A stretch of DNA of 64,000 bases from Auanema rhodensis. Taxonomy: Eukaryota > Animalia > Nematoda. Shown piece after piece: positions 28,601 through 44,284 of this stretch. The number at the start of each line of letters is the position of its first letter. Positions within the stretch are counted from its first letter, which is position 1. Under the pieces are notes generated by a model. That model was not told the DNA's origin and ran no database searches. It worked only from the letters and a program-made list of their open reading frames with translations. The position numbers and the translations under genes are program-made. The stretch is from positions 16,926,001 through 16,990,000 of the forward strand of contig OZ059899.1 in the NCBI GenBank assembly GCA_964057225.1. The letters are read 5' to 3'.

Positions 28601-31600
28601 GCAAAAAGTAGATGTTTTTAGATTCCTTTTTTCAAGGCAAAGACGATGGACAATGTTATTCAACGAAAAAATTAATTCTTCAGGGTGAAAATCGAGGATA
28701 TAAGTGTGAACTTATATCAGTTGATATCTCGGTGCATTTTTAAGCTAGCGCAAATCTGATAACACAGATCGACGCAGCTTACAAATCCGCATCGAATGCA
28801 CTATACTACATTGAGAAACGCTCAATACAAAATTTATTTATGATTGTTTGAAAAAAGATGCATTAGTGTATGTTGAGTTTCCATGTACGCTCAACATTGC
28901 TTCCAAAAACATTTTGAGAAAAATTTTTCCGAAAAATTTCAGAATCATTTCACAAAAAGTAGATGTTTTTAGATTCCTTTTTTTAAGGCGAAGACGATGG
29001 ACGTTGTTATTCAACGAAAAAATTAATTCTTCAGGGTGAAAATCGAGGAAGTTCACACTTATATCAGTTGATATCTCGGTGCATTTTTAAGCTAGCGCAA
29101 ATCTGATAACACAGATCGACGCAGCTTACAAATCCGCATCGAATGCACTATACTACGTTGAGAAACGCTCAATACAAAATTTATTTATGATTGTTTGAAA
29201 AAAGATGCATTAGTGTATGTTGAGTTTCCATGTACGCTCAACATTGCTTCCAAAAACAGTTTGAGAAAACTTTTTCCGAAAAATTTCAGAATCATTTCAC
29301 AAAAAGTAGATGTTTTTAGATTCCTTTTTTTAAGGCGAAGACGATGGACAATGTTATTCAACGAAAAAATTAATTCTCCAGGGTGAAAATCGAGGATATA
29401 AGTGTGAACTTATATCAGTTGATATCTCGGTGCATTTTTAAGCTAGCGCAAATCTGATAACACAGATCGACGCAGCTTACAAATCCGCATCGAATGCACT
29501 ATACTACATTGAGAAACGCTCGATACAAAAATTAGTTATGATCGTTTGAAAAATGATGCATTAGTGTATGTTGAGTTTCCATGTACGCTCAACATTGCTT
29601 CCAAAAACAGTTTGAGAAAACTTTTTCCGAAAAATTTCAGAATCATTTCACAAAAAGTAGATGTTTTTAGATTCCTTTTTTTAAGGCGAAGACGATGGAC
29701 AATGTTATTCAACGAAAAAATTAATTCTCCAGGGTGAAAATCGAGGATATAAGTGTGAACTTATATCAGTTGATATCTCGGTGCATTTTTAAGCTAGCGC
29801 AAATCTGATAACACAGATCGACGCAGCTTACAAATCCGCATCGAATGCACTATACTACGTTGAGAAACGCTCAATACAAAATTTATTTATGATTGTTTGA
29901 AAAAAGATGCATTAGTGTATGTTGAGTTTCCATGTACGCTCAACATTGCTTCCAAAAACAGTTTGAGAAAACTTTTTCCGAAAAATTTCAGAATCATTTC
30001 ACAAAAAGTAGATGTTTTTAGATTCCTTTTTTCAAGGCAAAAACGATGGACAATGTTATTCAACGAAAAAATTAATTCTTCAGGGTGAAAATCGAGGATA
30101 TAAGTGTGAACTTATATCAGTTGATATCTCGGTGCATTTTTAAGCTAGCGCAAATCTGATAACACAGATCGACGCAGCTTACAAATCCGCATCGAATGCA
30201 CTATACTACGTTGAGAAACGCTCAATACAAAATTTATTTATGATCGTTTGAAAAATGATGCATTAGTGTATGTTGAGTTTCCATGTACGCTCAACATTGC
30301 TTCCAAAAACATTTTGAGAAAAATTTTTCCGAAAAATTTCGAAATAATTTCGCAAAAAGTAGATGTTTTTAGATTCCTTTTTTCAAGGCAAAGACGATGG
30401 ACAATGTTATTCAATGAAAAAATTAATTCTTCAGGGTGAAAATCGAGGATATAAGTGTGAACTTATATCAGTTGATATCTCGGTGCATTTTTAAGCTAGC
30501 GCAAACCTGATAACACAGATCGACACAACTTAAAAATCCGCATCGAATGCGCTATACTACATTGAGAAACGCTTAATACAAAAATTAGCTATGATCGTTT
30601 GAAAAATGATGCATTAGTGTATGTTGAGTTTCCATGTACGCTCAACATTGCTTCCAAAAACATTTTGAGAAAAATTTTTCCGAAAAATTTCAGAATCATT
30701 TCACAAAAAGTAGATGTTTTTAGATTCCTTTTTTTAAGGCGAAGACGATGGACAATGTTATTCAACGAAAAAATTAATTCTCCAGGGTGAAAATCGAGGA
30801 TATAAGTGTGAACTTATATCAGTTGATATCTCGGTGCATTTTTAAGCTAGCGCAAATCTGATAACACAGATCGACGCAGCTTACAAATCCGCATCGAATG
30901 CACAATACTACATTGAGAAACGCTCAATACAAAAATTAGCTATGATCGTTTGAAAAATGATGCATTAGTGTATGTTGAGTTTCCATGTACACTCAACATT
31001 GCTTCCAAAAACATTTTGACAAAAATTTTTTCGAAAAATTTCGAAATAATTTCGCAAAAAGTAGATGTTTTTAGATTCCTTTTTTCAAGGCAAAGACGAT
31101 GGACAATGTTATTCAACGAAAAAATTAATTCTTCAGGGTGAAAATCGAGGATATAAGTGTGAACTTATATCAGTTGATATCTCGGTGCATTTTTAAGCTA
31201 GCGCAAACCTGATAACACAGATCGACACAACTTAAAAATCCGCATCGAATGCGCTATACTACATTGAGAAACGCTTAATACAAAAATTAGCTATGATCGT
31301 TTGAAAAATGATGCATTAGTGTATGTTGAGTTTCCATGTACGCTCAACATTGCTTCCAAAAACATTTTGAGAAAAATTTTTCCGAAAAATTTCAGAATCA
31401 TTTCACAAAAAGTAGATGTTTTTAGATTCCTTTTTTTAAGGCGAAGACGATGGACAATGTTATTCAACGAAAAAATTAATTCTTCAGGGTGAAAATCGAG
31501 GAAGTTCACACTTATATCAGTTGATATCTCGGTGCATTTTTAAGCTAGCGCAAATCTGATAACACAGATCGACGCAGCTTACAAATCCGCATCGAATGCA

Positions 31601-34600
31601 CTATACTACATTGAGAAACGCTCAATACAAAATTTATTTATGATTGTTTGAAAAAAGATGCATTAGTGTATGTTGAGTTTCCATGTACGCTCAACATTGC
31701 TTCCAAAAACATTTTGAGAAAAATTTTTCCGAAAAATTTCAGAATCATTTCACAAAAAGTAGATGTTTTTAGATTCCTTTTTTCAAGGCGAAGACGATGG
31801 ACAATGTTATTCAACGAAAAAATTAATTCTCCAGGGTGAAAATCGAGGATATAAGTGTGAACTTATATCAGTTGATATCTCGGTGCATTTTTAAGCTAGC
31901 GCGAATCTGATAACACAGATCGACGCAGCTTACAAATCCGCATCGAATGCACTATACTACATTGAGAAACGCTCAATACAAAATTTATTTATGATTGTTT
32001 GAAAAAAGATGCATTAGTGTATGTTGAGTTTCCATGTACGCTCAACATTGCTTCCAAAAACATTTTGAGAAAACTTTTTCCGAAAAATTTCAGAATCATT
32101 TCACAAAAAGTAGATGTTTTTAGATTCCTTTTTTTAAGGCGAAGACGGTGGACAATGTTATTCAACGAAAAAATTAATTCTCCAGGGTGAAAATCGAGGA
32201 TATAAGTGTGAACTTATATCAGTTGATATCTCGGTGCATTTTTAAGCTAGCGCAAATCTGATAACACAGATCGACGCAGCTTACAAATCCGCATCGAATG
32301 CACTATACTACATTGAGAAACGCTCAATACAAAATTTATTTATGATTGTTTGAAAAAAGATGCATTAGTGTATGTTGAGTTTCTATGTACGCTCAACATT
32401 GCTTCCAAAAACATTTTGAGAAAACTTTTTCCGAAAAATTTCATAATCATTTCACAAAAAGTAGATGTTTTTAGATCCCTTTTTTTAAGGCGAAGACGAT
32501 GGACAATGTTATTCAACGAAAAAATTAATTCTCCAGGGTGAAAATCGAGGATATAAGTGTGAACTTATATCAGTTGATATCTCGGTGCATTTTTAAGCTA
32601 GCGCAAATCTGATAACACAGATCGACGCAGCTTACAAATCCGCATCGAATGCACTATACTACATTGAAAAACGCTTAATACAAAACTTAGTTATGATCGT
32701 TTGAAAAAAGATGCATTAGTGTATGTTGAGTTTCCATGTACGCTCAACATTGCTTCCAAAAACATTTTGAGAAAAATTTTTCCGAAAAATTTCGAAATAA
32801 TTTCGCAAAAAGTAGATGTTTTTAGATTCCTTTTTTCAAGGCAAAGACGATGGACAATGTTATTCAACGAAAAAATTAATTCTTCAGGGTGAAAATCGAG
32901 GATATAAGTGTGAACTTATATCAGTTGATATCTCGGTGCATTTTTAATCTAGCGCAAATCTGATCACACAGATCGACGCAGCTTACAAATCCGCATCGAA
33001 TGCACTATACTACATTGAGAAACGCTTAATACAAAACTTAGTTATGATCGTTTGAAAAAAGATGCATTAGTGTATGTTGAGTTTCCATGTACGCTCAACA
33101 TTGCTTCCAAAAACATTTTGAGAAAAATTTTTCCGAAAAATTTCGAAATAATTTCGCAAAAAGTAGATGTTTTTAGATTCCTTTTTTCAAGGCAAAGACG
33201 ATGGACAATGTTATTCAACGAAAAAATTAATTCTTCAGGGTGAAAATCGAGGATATAAGTGTGAACTTATATCAGTTGATATCTCGGTGCATTTTTAAGC
33301 TAGCGCAAATCTGATAACACAGATCGACGCAGCTTACAAATCCGCATCGAATGCACTATACTACATTGAGAAACGCTCAATACAAAATTTATTTATGATT
33401 GTTTGAAAAAAGATGCATTAGTGTATGTTGAGTTTCCATGTACGCTCAACATTGCTTCCAAAAACATTTTGAGAAAAATTTTTCCGAAAAATTTCAGAAT
33501 CATTTCACAAAAAGTAGATGTTTTTAGATTCCTTTTTTTAAGGCGAAGACGATGGACATTGTTATTCAACGAAAAAATTAATTCTTCAGGGTGAAAATCG
33601 AGGAAGTTCACACTTATATCAGTTGATATCTCGGTGCATTTTTAAGCTAGCGCAAATCTGATAACACAGATCGACGCAGCTTACAAATCCGCATCGAATG
33701 CACTATACTACGTTGAGAAACGCTCAATACAAAATTTATTTATGATTGTTTGAAAAAAGATGCATTAGTGTATGTTGAGTTTCCATGTACGCTCAACATT
33801 GCTTCCAAAAACAGTTTGAGAAAACTTTTTCCGAAAAATTTCAGAATCATTTCACAAAAAGTAGATGTTTTTAGATTCCTTTTTTTAAGGCGAAGACGAT
33901 GGACAATGTTATTCAACGAAAAAATTAATTCTCCAGGGTGAAAATCGAGGATATAAGTGTGAACTTATATCAGTTGATATCTCGGTGCATTTTTAAGCTA
34001 GCGCAAATCTGATAACACAGATCGACGCAGCTTACAAATCCGCATCGAATGCACTATACTACATTGAGAAACGCTCGATACAAAAATTAGTTATGATCGT
34101 TTGAAAAATGATGCATTAGTGTATGTTGAGTTTCCATGTACGCTCAACATTGCTTCCAAAAACAGTTTGAGAAAACTTTTTCCGAAAAATTTCAGAATCA
34201 TTTCACAAAAAGTAGATGTTTTTAGATTCCTTTTTTTAAGGCGAAGACGATGGACAATGTTATTCAACGAAAAAATTAATTCTCCAGGGTGAAAATCGAG
34301 GATATAAGTGTGAACTTATATCAGTTGATATCTCGGTGCATTTTTAAGCTAGCGCAAATCTGATAACACAGATCGACGCAGCTTACAAATCCGCATCGAA
34401 TGCACTATACTACGTTGAGAAACGCTCAATACAAAATTTATTTATGATTGTTTGAAAAAAGATGCATTAGTGTATGTTGAGTTTCCATGTACGCTCAACA
34501 TTGCTTCCAAAAACAGTTTGAGAAAACTTTTTCCGAAAAATTTCAGAATCATTTCACAAAAAGTAGATGTTTTTAGATTCCTTTTTTCAAGGCAAAAACG

Positions 34601-37600
34601 ATGGACAATGTTATTCAACGAAAAAATTAATTCTTCAGGGTGAAAATCGAGGATATAAGTGTGAACTTATATCAGTTGATATCTCGGTGCATTTTTAAGC
34701 TAGCGCAAATCTGATAACACAGATCGACGCAGCTTACAAATCCGCATCGAATGCACTATACTACGTTGAGAAACGCTCAATACAAAATTTATTTATGATC
34801 GTTTGAAAAATGATGCATTAGTGTATGTTGAGTTTCCATGTACGCTCAACATTGCTTCCAAAAACAGTTTGAGAAAAATTTTTCCGAAAAATTTCAGAAT
34901 CATTTCACAAAAAGTAGATGTTTTTAGATTCCTTTTTTCAAGGCAAAAACGATGGACAATGTTATTCAACGAAAAAATTAATTCTTCAGGGTGAAAATCG
35001 AGGATATAAGTGTGAACTTATATCAGTTGATATCTCGGTGCATTTTCAAGCTAGCGCAAATCTGATAACACAGATCGACGCAGCTTACAAATCCGCATCG
35101 AATGCACTATACTACATTGAGAAACGCTCAATACAAAATTTATTTATGATTGTTTGAAAAAAGATGCATTAGTGTATGTTGAGTTTCCATGTACGCTCAA
35201 CATTGCTTCCAAAAACATTTTGAGAAAAATTTTTCCGAAAAATTTCAGAATCATTTCACAAAAAGTAGATGTTTTTAGATTCCTTTTTTTAAGGCGAAGA
35301 CGATGGACAATGTTATTCAACGAAAAAATTAATTCTCCAGGGTGAAAATCGAGGATATAAATGTGAACTTATATCAGTTGATATCTCGGTGCATTTTTAA
35401 GCTAGCGCAAATCTGATAACACAGATCGACGCAGCTTACAAATCCGCATCGAATGCACTATACTACATTGAGAAACGCTCGATACAAAAATTAGTTATGA
35501 TCGTTTGAAAAATGATGCATTAGTGTATGTTGAGTTTCCATGTACGCTCAACATTGCTTCCAAAAACAGTTTGAGAAAAATTTTTCCGAAAAATTTCAGA
35601 ATCATTTCACAAAAAGTAGATGTTTTTAGATTCCTTTTTTCAAGGCAAAAACGATGGACAATGTTATTCAACGAAAAAATTAATTCTTCAGGGTGAAAAT
35701 CGAGGATATAAGTGTGAACTTATATCAGTTGATATCTCGGTGCATTTTTAAGCTAGCGCAAATCTGATAACACAGATCGACGCAGCTTACAAATCCGCAT
35801 CGAATGCACTATACTACGTTGAGAAACGCTCAATACAAAATTTATTTATGATCGTTTGAAAAATGATGCATTAGTGTATGTTGAGTTTCCATGTACGCTC
35901 AACATTGCTTCCAAAAACAGTTTGAGAAAAATTTTTCCGAAAAATTTCAGAATCATTTCACAAAAAGTAGATGTTTTTAGATTCCTTTTTTCAAGGCAAA
36001 AACGATGGACAATGTTATTCAACGAAAAAATTAATTCTTCATGGTGAAAATCGAGGATATAAGTGTGAACTTATATCAGTTGATATCTCGGTGCATTTTC
36101 AAGCTAGCGCAAATCTGATAACACAGATCGACGCAGCTTACAAATCCGCATCGAATGCACTATACTACATTGAGAAACGCTCAATACAAAATTTATTTAT
36201 GATTGTTTGAAAAAAGATGCATTAGTGTATGTTGAGTTTCCATGTACGCTCAACATTGCTTCCAAAAACATTTTGAGAAAAATTTTTCCGAAAAATTTCA
36301 GAATCATTTCACAAAAAGTAGATGTTTTTAGATTCCTTTTTTTAAGGCGAAGACGATGGACATTGTTATTCAACGAAAAAATTAATTCTTCAGGGTGAAA
36401 ATCGAGGATATAAGTGTGAACTTATATCAGTTGATATCTCGGTGCATTTTTAAGCTAGCGCAAATCTGATAACACAGATCGACGCAGCTTACAAATCCGC
36501 ATCGAATGCACTATACTACATTGAGAAACGCTCGATACAAAAATTAGTTATGATCGTTTGAAAAATGATGCATTAGTGTATGTTGAGTTTCCATGTACGC
36601 TCAACATTGCTTCCAAAAACATTTTGAGAAAAATTTTTCCGAAAAATTTCAGAATCATTTCACAAAAAGTAGATGTTTTTAGATTCCTTTTTTCAAGGCA
36701 AAGACGATGGACAATGTTATTCAACGAAAAAATTAATTCTTCAGGGTGAAAATCGAGGATATAAGTGTGAACTTATATCAGTTGATATCTCGGTGCATTT
36801 TTAAGCTAGCGCAAACCTGATAACACAGATCGACACAACTTAAAAATCCGCATCGAATGCACTATACTACATTGAGAAACGCTCAATACAAAATTTATTT
36901 ATGATTGTTTGAAAAAAGATGCATTAGTGTATGTTGAGTTTCCATGTACGCTCAACATTGCTTCCAAAAACATTTTGAGAAAAATTTTTCCGAAAAATTT
37001 CAGAATCATTTCACAAAAAGTAGATGTTTTTAGATTCCTTTTTTTAAGGCGAAGACGATGGACAATGTTATTCAACGAAAAAATTAATTCTTCAGGGTGA
37101 AAATCGAGGATATAAGTGTGAACTTATATCAGTTGATATCTCGGTGCATTTTCAAGCTAGCGCAAATCTGATCACACAGATCGACGCAGCTTAAAAATCC
37201 GCATCGAATGCACTATACTACATTGAGAAACGCTCAATACAAAATTTATTTATGATTGTTTGAAAAAAGATGCATTAGTGTATGTTGAGTTTCCATGTAC
37301 GCTCAACATTGCTTCCAAAAACATTTTGAGAAAAATTTTTCCGAAAAATTTCAGAATCATTTCACAAAAAGTAGATGTTTTTAGATTCCTTTTTTTAAGG
37401 CGAAGACGATGGACAATGTTATTCAACGAAAAAATTAATTCTTCAGGGTGAAAATCGAGGAAGTTCACACTTATATCAGTTGATATCTCGGTGCATTTTT
37501 AAGCTAGCGCAAATCTGATAACACAGATCGACGCAGCTTACAAATCCGCATCGAATGCACTATACTACATTGAGAAACGCTCAATACAAAATTTATTTAT

Positions 37601-40600
37601 GATTGTTTGAAAAATGATGCATTAGTGTATGTTGAGTTTCCATGTACACTCAACATTGCTTCCAAAAACATTTTGACAAAAATTTTTCCGAAAAATTTCG
37701 AAATAATTTCGCAAAAAGTAGATGTTTTTAGATTCCTTTTTTCAAGGCAAAGACGATGGACAATGTTATTCAACGAAAAAATTAATTCTTCAGGGTGAAA
37801 ATCGAGGATATAAGTGTGAACTTATATCAGTTGATATCTCGGTGCATTTTTAAGCTAGCGCAAACCTGATAACACAGATCGACACAACTTAAAAATCCGC
37901 ATCGAATGCGCTATACTACATTGAGAAACGCTTAATACAAAAATTAGCTATGATCGTTTGAAAAATGATGCATTAGTGTATGTTGAGTTTCCATGTACGC
38001 TCAACATTGCTTCCAAAAACATTTTGAGAAAAATTTTTCCGAAAAATATCAGAATCATTTCACAAAAAGTAGATGTTTTTAGATTCCTTTTTTTAAGGCG
38101 AAGACGATGGACAATGTTATTCAACGAAAAAATTAATTCTTCAGGGTGAAAATCGAGGAAGTTCACACTTATATCAGTTGATATCTCGGTGCATTTTTAA
38201 GCTAGCGCAAATCTGATAACACAGATCGACGCAGCTTACAAATCCGCATCGAATGCACTATACTACATTGAGAAACGCTCAATACAAAATTTATTTATGA
38301 TTGTTTGAAAAAAGATGCATTAGTGTATGTTGAGTTTCCATGTACGCTCAACATTGCTTCCAAAAACATTTTGAGAAAAATTTTTCCGAAAAATTTCAGA
38401 ATCATTTCACAAAAAGTAGATGTTTTTAGATTCCTTTTTTTAAGGCGAAGACGATGGACAATGTTATTCAACGAAAAAATTAATTCTCCAGGGTGAAAAT
38501 CGAGGATATAAGTGTGAACTTATATCAGTTGATATCTCGGTGCATTTTTAAGCTAGCGCAAATCTGATAACACAGATCGACGCAGCTTACAAATCCGCAT
38601 CGAATGCACTATACTACGTTGAGAAACGCTCAATACAAAATTTATTTATGATTGTTTGAAAAAAGATGCATTAGTGTATGTTGAGTTTCCATGTACGCTC
38701 AACATTGCTTCCAAAAACATTTTGAGAAAACTTTTTCCGAAAAATTTCAGAATCATTTCACAAAAAGTAGATGTTTTTAGATTCCTTTTTTTAAGGCGAA
38801 GACGATGGACAATGTTATTCAACGAAAAAATTAATTCTCCAGGGTGAAAATCGAGGATATAAGTGTGAACTTATATCAGTTGATATCTCGGTGCATTTTT
38901 AAGCTAGCGCAAATCTGATAACACAGATCGACGCAGCTTACGAATCCGCATCGAATGCACTATACTACATTGAGAAACGCTCAATACAAAATTTATTTAT
39001 GATTGTTTGAAAAAAGATGCATTAGTGTATGTTGAGTTTCCATGTACGCTCAACATTGCTTCCAAAAACATTTTGAGAAAACTTTTTCCGAAAAATTTCA
39101 GAATCATTTCACAAAAAGTAGATGTTTTTAGATTCCTTTTTTCAAGGCAAAAACGATGGACAATGTTATTCAACGAAAAAATTAATTCTTCAGGGTGAAA
39201 ATCGAGGATATAAGTGTGAACTTATATCAGTTGATATCTCGGTGCATTTTCAAGCTAGCGCAAATCTGATAACACAGATCGACGCAGCTTAAAAATCCGC
39301 ATCGAATGCACTATACTACATTGAGAAACGCTCAATACAAAAATTATTTATGATCGTTTGAAAAAAGATGCATTAGTGTATGTTGAGTTTCCATGTACGC
39401 TCAACATTGCTTCCAAAAACATTTTGATAAAAATTTTTCCGAAAAATTTCAAGATAATTTTACAAAAAGTAGATGTTTTTAGATTCCTTTTTTTAAGGCG
39501 AAGACGATGGACAATGTTATTCAACGAAAAAATTAATTCTTCAGGGTGAAAATCGAGGATATAAGTGTGAACTTATATCAGTTGATATCTCGGTGCATTT
39601 TTAAGCTAGCGCAAATCTGATAACACAGATCGACGCAGCTTACAAATCCGCATCGAATGCACTATACTACATTGAGAAACGCTCAATACAAAATTTATTT
39701 ATGATTGTTTGAAAAAAGATGCATTAGTGTATGTTGAGTTTCCATGTACGCTCAACATTGCTTCCAAAAACATTTTGAGAAAAATTTTTCCGAAAAATTT
39801 CAAGATAATTTTACAAAAAGTAGATGTTTTTAGATTCCTTTTTTCAAGGCAAAAACGATGGACAATGTTATTCAACGAAAAAATTAATTCTTCAGGGTGA
39901 AAATCGAGGATATAAGTGTGAACTTATATCATTTGATATCTCGGTGCATTTTTAAGCTAGCGCAAATCTGATAACACAGATCGACGCAGCTTAAAAATCC
40001 GCATCGAATGCACTATATTACATTGAGAAACGCTCAATACAAAAATTAGTTATGATTGTTTGAAAAATGATGCATTAGTGTATGTTGAGTTTCCATGTAC
40101 ACTCAACATTGCTTCCAAAAACATTTTGACAAAAATTTTCCCGAAAAATTTCAAGATAATTTCACAAAAAGTAGATGTTTTTAGATTCATTTTTTCAAGG
40201 CAAAGATGATGGACAATGTTATTCAACGAAAAAATTAATTCTTCAGGGTGAAAATCGAGGAAGTTCACACTTATATCAGTTGATATCTCGGTGCATTTTT
40301 AAGATAGCGCAAATCTGATAACATAGATCGACGCAGCTTAAAAATCCGCATCGAATGCACTATACTACATTGAGAAACGCTCAATACAAAAATTAGTTAT
40401 AATCGTTTGAAAAATGATGCATTAGTGTATGTTGAGTTTCCATGTACACTCAACATTGCTTCCAAAAACATTTTGACAAAAATTTTTCCGAAAAATTTCG
40501 AAATAATTTCGCAAAAAGTAGATGTTTTTAGATTCATTTTTTCAAGACAAAGACGATGGACATTGTTATTCAACGAAAAAATTGATTCTTCAGGGTGAAA

Positions 40601-43600
40601 ATAGAGGATATAAGTGTGAACTTATATCAGTTGATATCTCGGTGCATTTTTAAGCTAGCGCAAATCTGATAATACAGATCGACGCAGCTTAAAAATCCGC
40701 ATCGAATGCACTATACAACATTGAGAAACGCTTAATACAAAAATTAGTTATGATCGTTTGAAAAAAGACGCATTAGTGTATGTTGAGTTTCCATGTACAC
40801 TCAACATTGCTTCCAAAAACATTTTGACAAAAATTTTTTCGAAAAATTTCAAAATAATTTCGCAAAAAGTAAATGTTTTTAGATTCCTTTTTTTAAGGCA
40901 AAGACGATGGACAATGTTATTCAACGAAAAAATTAATTCTGCAGGGTGAAAATCGAGGATATAAGTGTGAACTTATATCAGTTGATATCTCGGTGCATTT
41001 TTAAGCTAGCGCAAATCTGATAACACAGATCGACGCAGCTTAAAAATCCGCATCGAATGCACTATACTACATTGAGAAACGCTTAATACAAAAATTAGTT
41101 ATGATCGTTTGAAAAAAGACGCATTAGTGTATGTTGAGTTTCCATGTACACTCAACATTGCTTCCAAAAACATTTTGACAAAAATTTTTTCGAAAAATTT
41201 CAAAATAATTTCGCAAAAAGTAAATGTTTTTAGATTTCTTTTTTTAAGGCAAAGACGATGGACAATGTTATTCAACGAAAAAATTAATTCTGCAGGGTGA
41301 AAATCGAGGATATAAGTGTGAACTTATATCAGTTGATATCTCGGTGCATTTTTAAGCTAGCGCAAATCTGATAACACAGATCGACGCAGCTTAAAAATCC
41401 GCATCGAATGCACTATACTACATTGAGAAACGCTTAATACAAAAATTAGTTATGATCGTTTGAAAAATGATGCATTAGTGTATGTTGAGTTTCCATGTAC
41501 ACTCAACATTGCTTCCAAAAACATTTTGACAAAAATTTTTTCGAAAAATTTCAGAATATTTTAGCAAAAAATAGTTGTTTTTAGATTCCTTTTTTCAAGG
41601 CAAAGACGATGGACAATGTTATTCAACGAAAAAATTAATTCTGCAGGGTGAAAATCGAGGATATAAGTGTGAACTTATATCAGTTGATATCTCGGTGAAT
41701 TTTTAAGCTAGCGCAAATCTGATAACACAGATCGACGCAGCTTAAAAATCCGCATCGAATGCACTATACAACATTGAGAAACGCTTAATACAAAAGTTAG
41801 TTATGATCGTTTGGAAAATGATGCATTAGTGTATGTTGAGTTTCCATGTACACTCAACATTGCTTCCAAAAACATTTTGACAAAAATTTTTTCGAAAAAT
41901 TTCAAAATAATTTCGCAAAAAGTAAATGTTTTTAGATTCCTTTTTTTAAGGCAAAGACGATGGACAATGTTATTCAACGAAAAAATTAATTCTGCAGGGT
42001 GAAAATCGAGGATATAAGTGTGAACTTATATCAGTTGATATCTCGGTGCATTTTTAAGCTAGCGCAAATCTGATAACACAGATCGACGCAGCTTAAAAAT
42101 CCGCATCGAATGCACTATACTACATTGAGAAACGCTTAATACAAAAATTAGTTATGATCGTTTGAAAAATGATGCATTAGTGTATGTTGAGTTTCCATGT
42201 ACACTCAACATTGCTTCCAAAAACATTTTGACAAAAATTTTTTCGAAAAATTTCAGAATATTTTAGCAAAAAATAGTTGTTTTTAGATTCCTTTTTTCAA
42301 GGCAAAGACGATGGACAATGTTATTCAACGAAAAAATTAATTCTGCAGGGTGAAAATCGAGGATATAAGTGTGAACTTATATCAGTTGATATCTCGGTGA
42401 ATTTTTAAGCTAGCGCAAATCTGATAACACAGATCGACGCAGCTTAAAAATCCGCATCGAATGCACTATACAACATTGAGAAACGCTTAATACAAAAGTT
42501 AGTTATGATCGTTTGGAAAATGATGCATTAGTGTATGTTGAGTTTCCATGTACACTCAACATTGCTTCCAAAAACATTTTGACAAAAATTTTTTCGAAAA
42601 ATTTCAGAATATTTTAGCAAAAAATAGTTGTTTTTAGATTCCTTTTTTCAAGGCAAAGACGATGGACAATGTTATTCAACGAAAAAATTAATTCTGCAGG
42701 GTGAAAATCGAGGATATAAGTGTGAACTTATATCAGTTGATATCTCGGTGCATTTTTAAGCTAGCGCAAATCTGATAACACAGATCGACGCAGCTTAAAA
42801 ATCCGCATCGAATGCACTATACTACATTGAGAAACGCTTAATACAAAAATTAGTTATGATCGTTTGAAAAATGATGCATTAGTGTATGTTGAGTTTCCAT
42901 GTACACTCAACATTGCTTCCAAAAACATTTTGACAAAAATTTTTTCGAAAAATTTCAGAATATTTTAGCAAAAAATAGTTGTTTTTAGATTCCTTTTTTC
43001 AAGGCAAAGACGATGGACAATGTTATTCAACGAAAAAATTAATTCTGCAGGGTGAAAATCGAGGATATAAGTGTGAACTTATATCAGTTGATATCTCGGT
43101 GAATTTTTAAGCTAGCGCAAATCTGATAACACAGATCGACGCAGCTTAAAAATCCGCATCGAATGCACTATACTACATTGAGAAACGCTCAATACAAAAT
43201 TTATTTATGATTGTTTGAAAAAAGATGCATTAGTGTATGTTGAGTTTCCATGTACGCTCAACATTGCTTCCAAAAACATTTTGAGAAAACTTTTTCCGAA
43301 AAATTTCAGAATCATTTCACAAAAAGTAGATGTTTTTAGATTCCTTTTTTCAAGGCAAAAACGATGGACAATGTTATTCAACGAAAAAATTAATTCTTCA
43401 GGGTGAAAATCGAGGATATAAGTGTGAACTTATATCAGTTGATATCTCGGTGCATTTTCAAGCTAGCGCAAATCTGATAACACAGATCGACGCAGCTTAA
43501 AAATCCGCATCGAATGCACTATACTACATTGAGAAACGCTCAATACAAAAATTATTTATGATCGTTTGAAAAAAGATGCATTAGTGTATGTTGAGTTTCC

Positions 43601-44284
43601 ATGTACGCTCAACATTGCTTCCAAAAACATTTTGATAAAAATTTTTCCGAAAAATTTCAAGATAATTTTACAAAAAGTAGATGTTTTTAGATTCCTTTTT
43701 TTAAGGCGAAGACGATGGACAATGTTATTCAACGAAAAAATTAATTCTTCAGGGTGAAAATCGAGGATATAAGTGTGAACTTATATCAGTTGATATCTCG
43801 GTGCATTTTTAAGCTAGCGCAAATCTGATAACACAGATCGACGCAGCTTACAAATCCGCATCGAATGCACTATACTACATTGAGAAACGCTCAATACAAA
43901 ATTTATTTATGATTGTTTGAAAAAAGATGCATTAGTGTATGTTGAGTTTCCATGTACACTCAACATTGCTTCCAAAAACATTTTGACAAAAATTTTTTCG
44001 AAAAATTTCAGAATATTTTAGCAAAAAATAGTTGTTTTTAGATTCCTTTTTTCAAGGCAAAGACGATGGACAATGTTATTCAACGAAAAAATTAATTCTG
44101 CAGGGTGAAAATCGAGGATATAAGTGTGAACTTATATCAGTTGATATCTCGGTGCATTTTTAAGCTAGCGCAAATCTGATAACACAGATCGACGCAGCTT
44201 AAAAATCCGCATCGAATGCACTATACTACATTGAGAAACGCTTAATACAAAAATTAGTTATGATCGTTTGAAAAATGATGCATT
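19603..44284. repeat. Tandem satellite array B (left part), 351/347-bp monomers, about 70 copies
   Basis: GGGTGAAAATCGAGG...AATTAATTCT(T/C/G)CA recurs every 351 or 347 bp (rarely 350). The repeated ORF starts (19764, 20115, 20462, 20809...) show the same spacing. Confidence 0.98.
44281..44284. other. Target-site duplication CATT (left copy)
   Basis: The satellite reads GATGCATTAGTG. The left flank is GATG-CATT|TGT.. and the right flank is ..ACA|CATT-AGTG. Confidence 0.93.

Noticed and set aside
1-44284. CRISPR array
   Set aside because: Whole monomers repeat with no unique spacers, there are no cas genes, and the context is eukaryotic.
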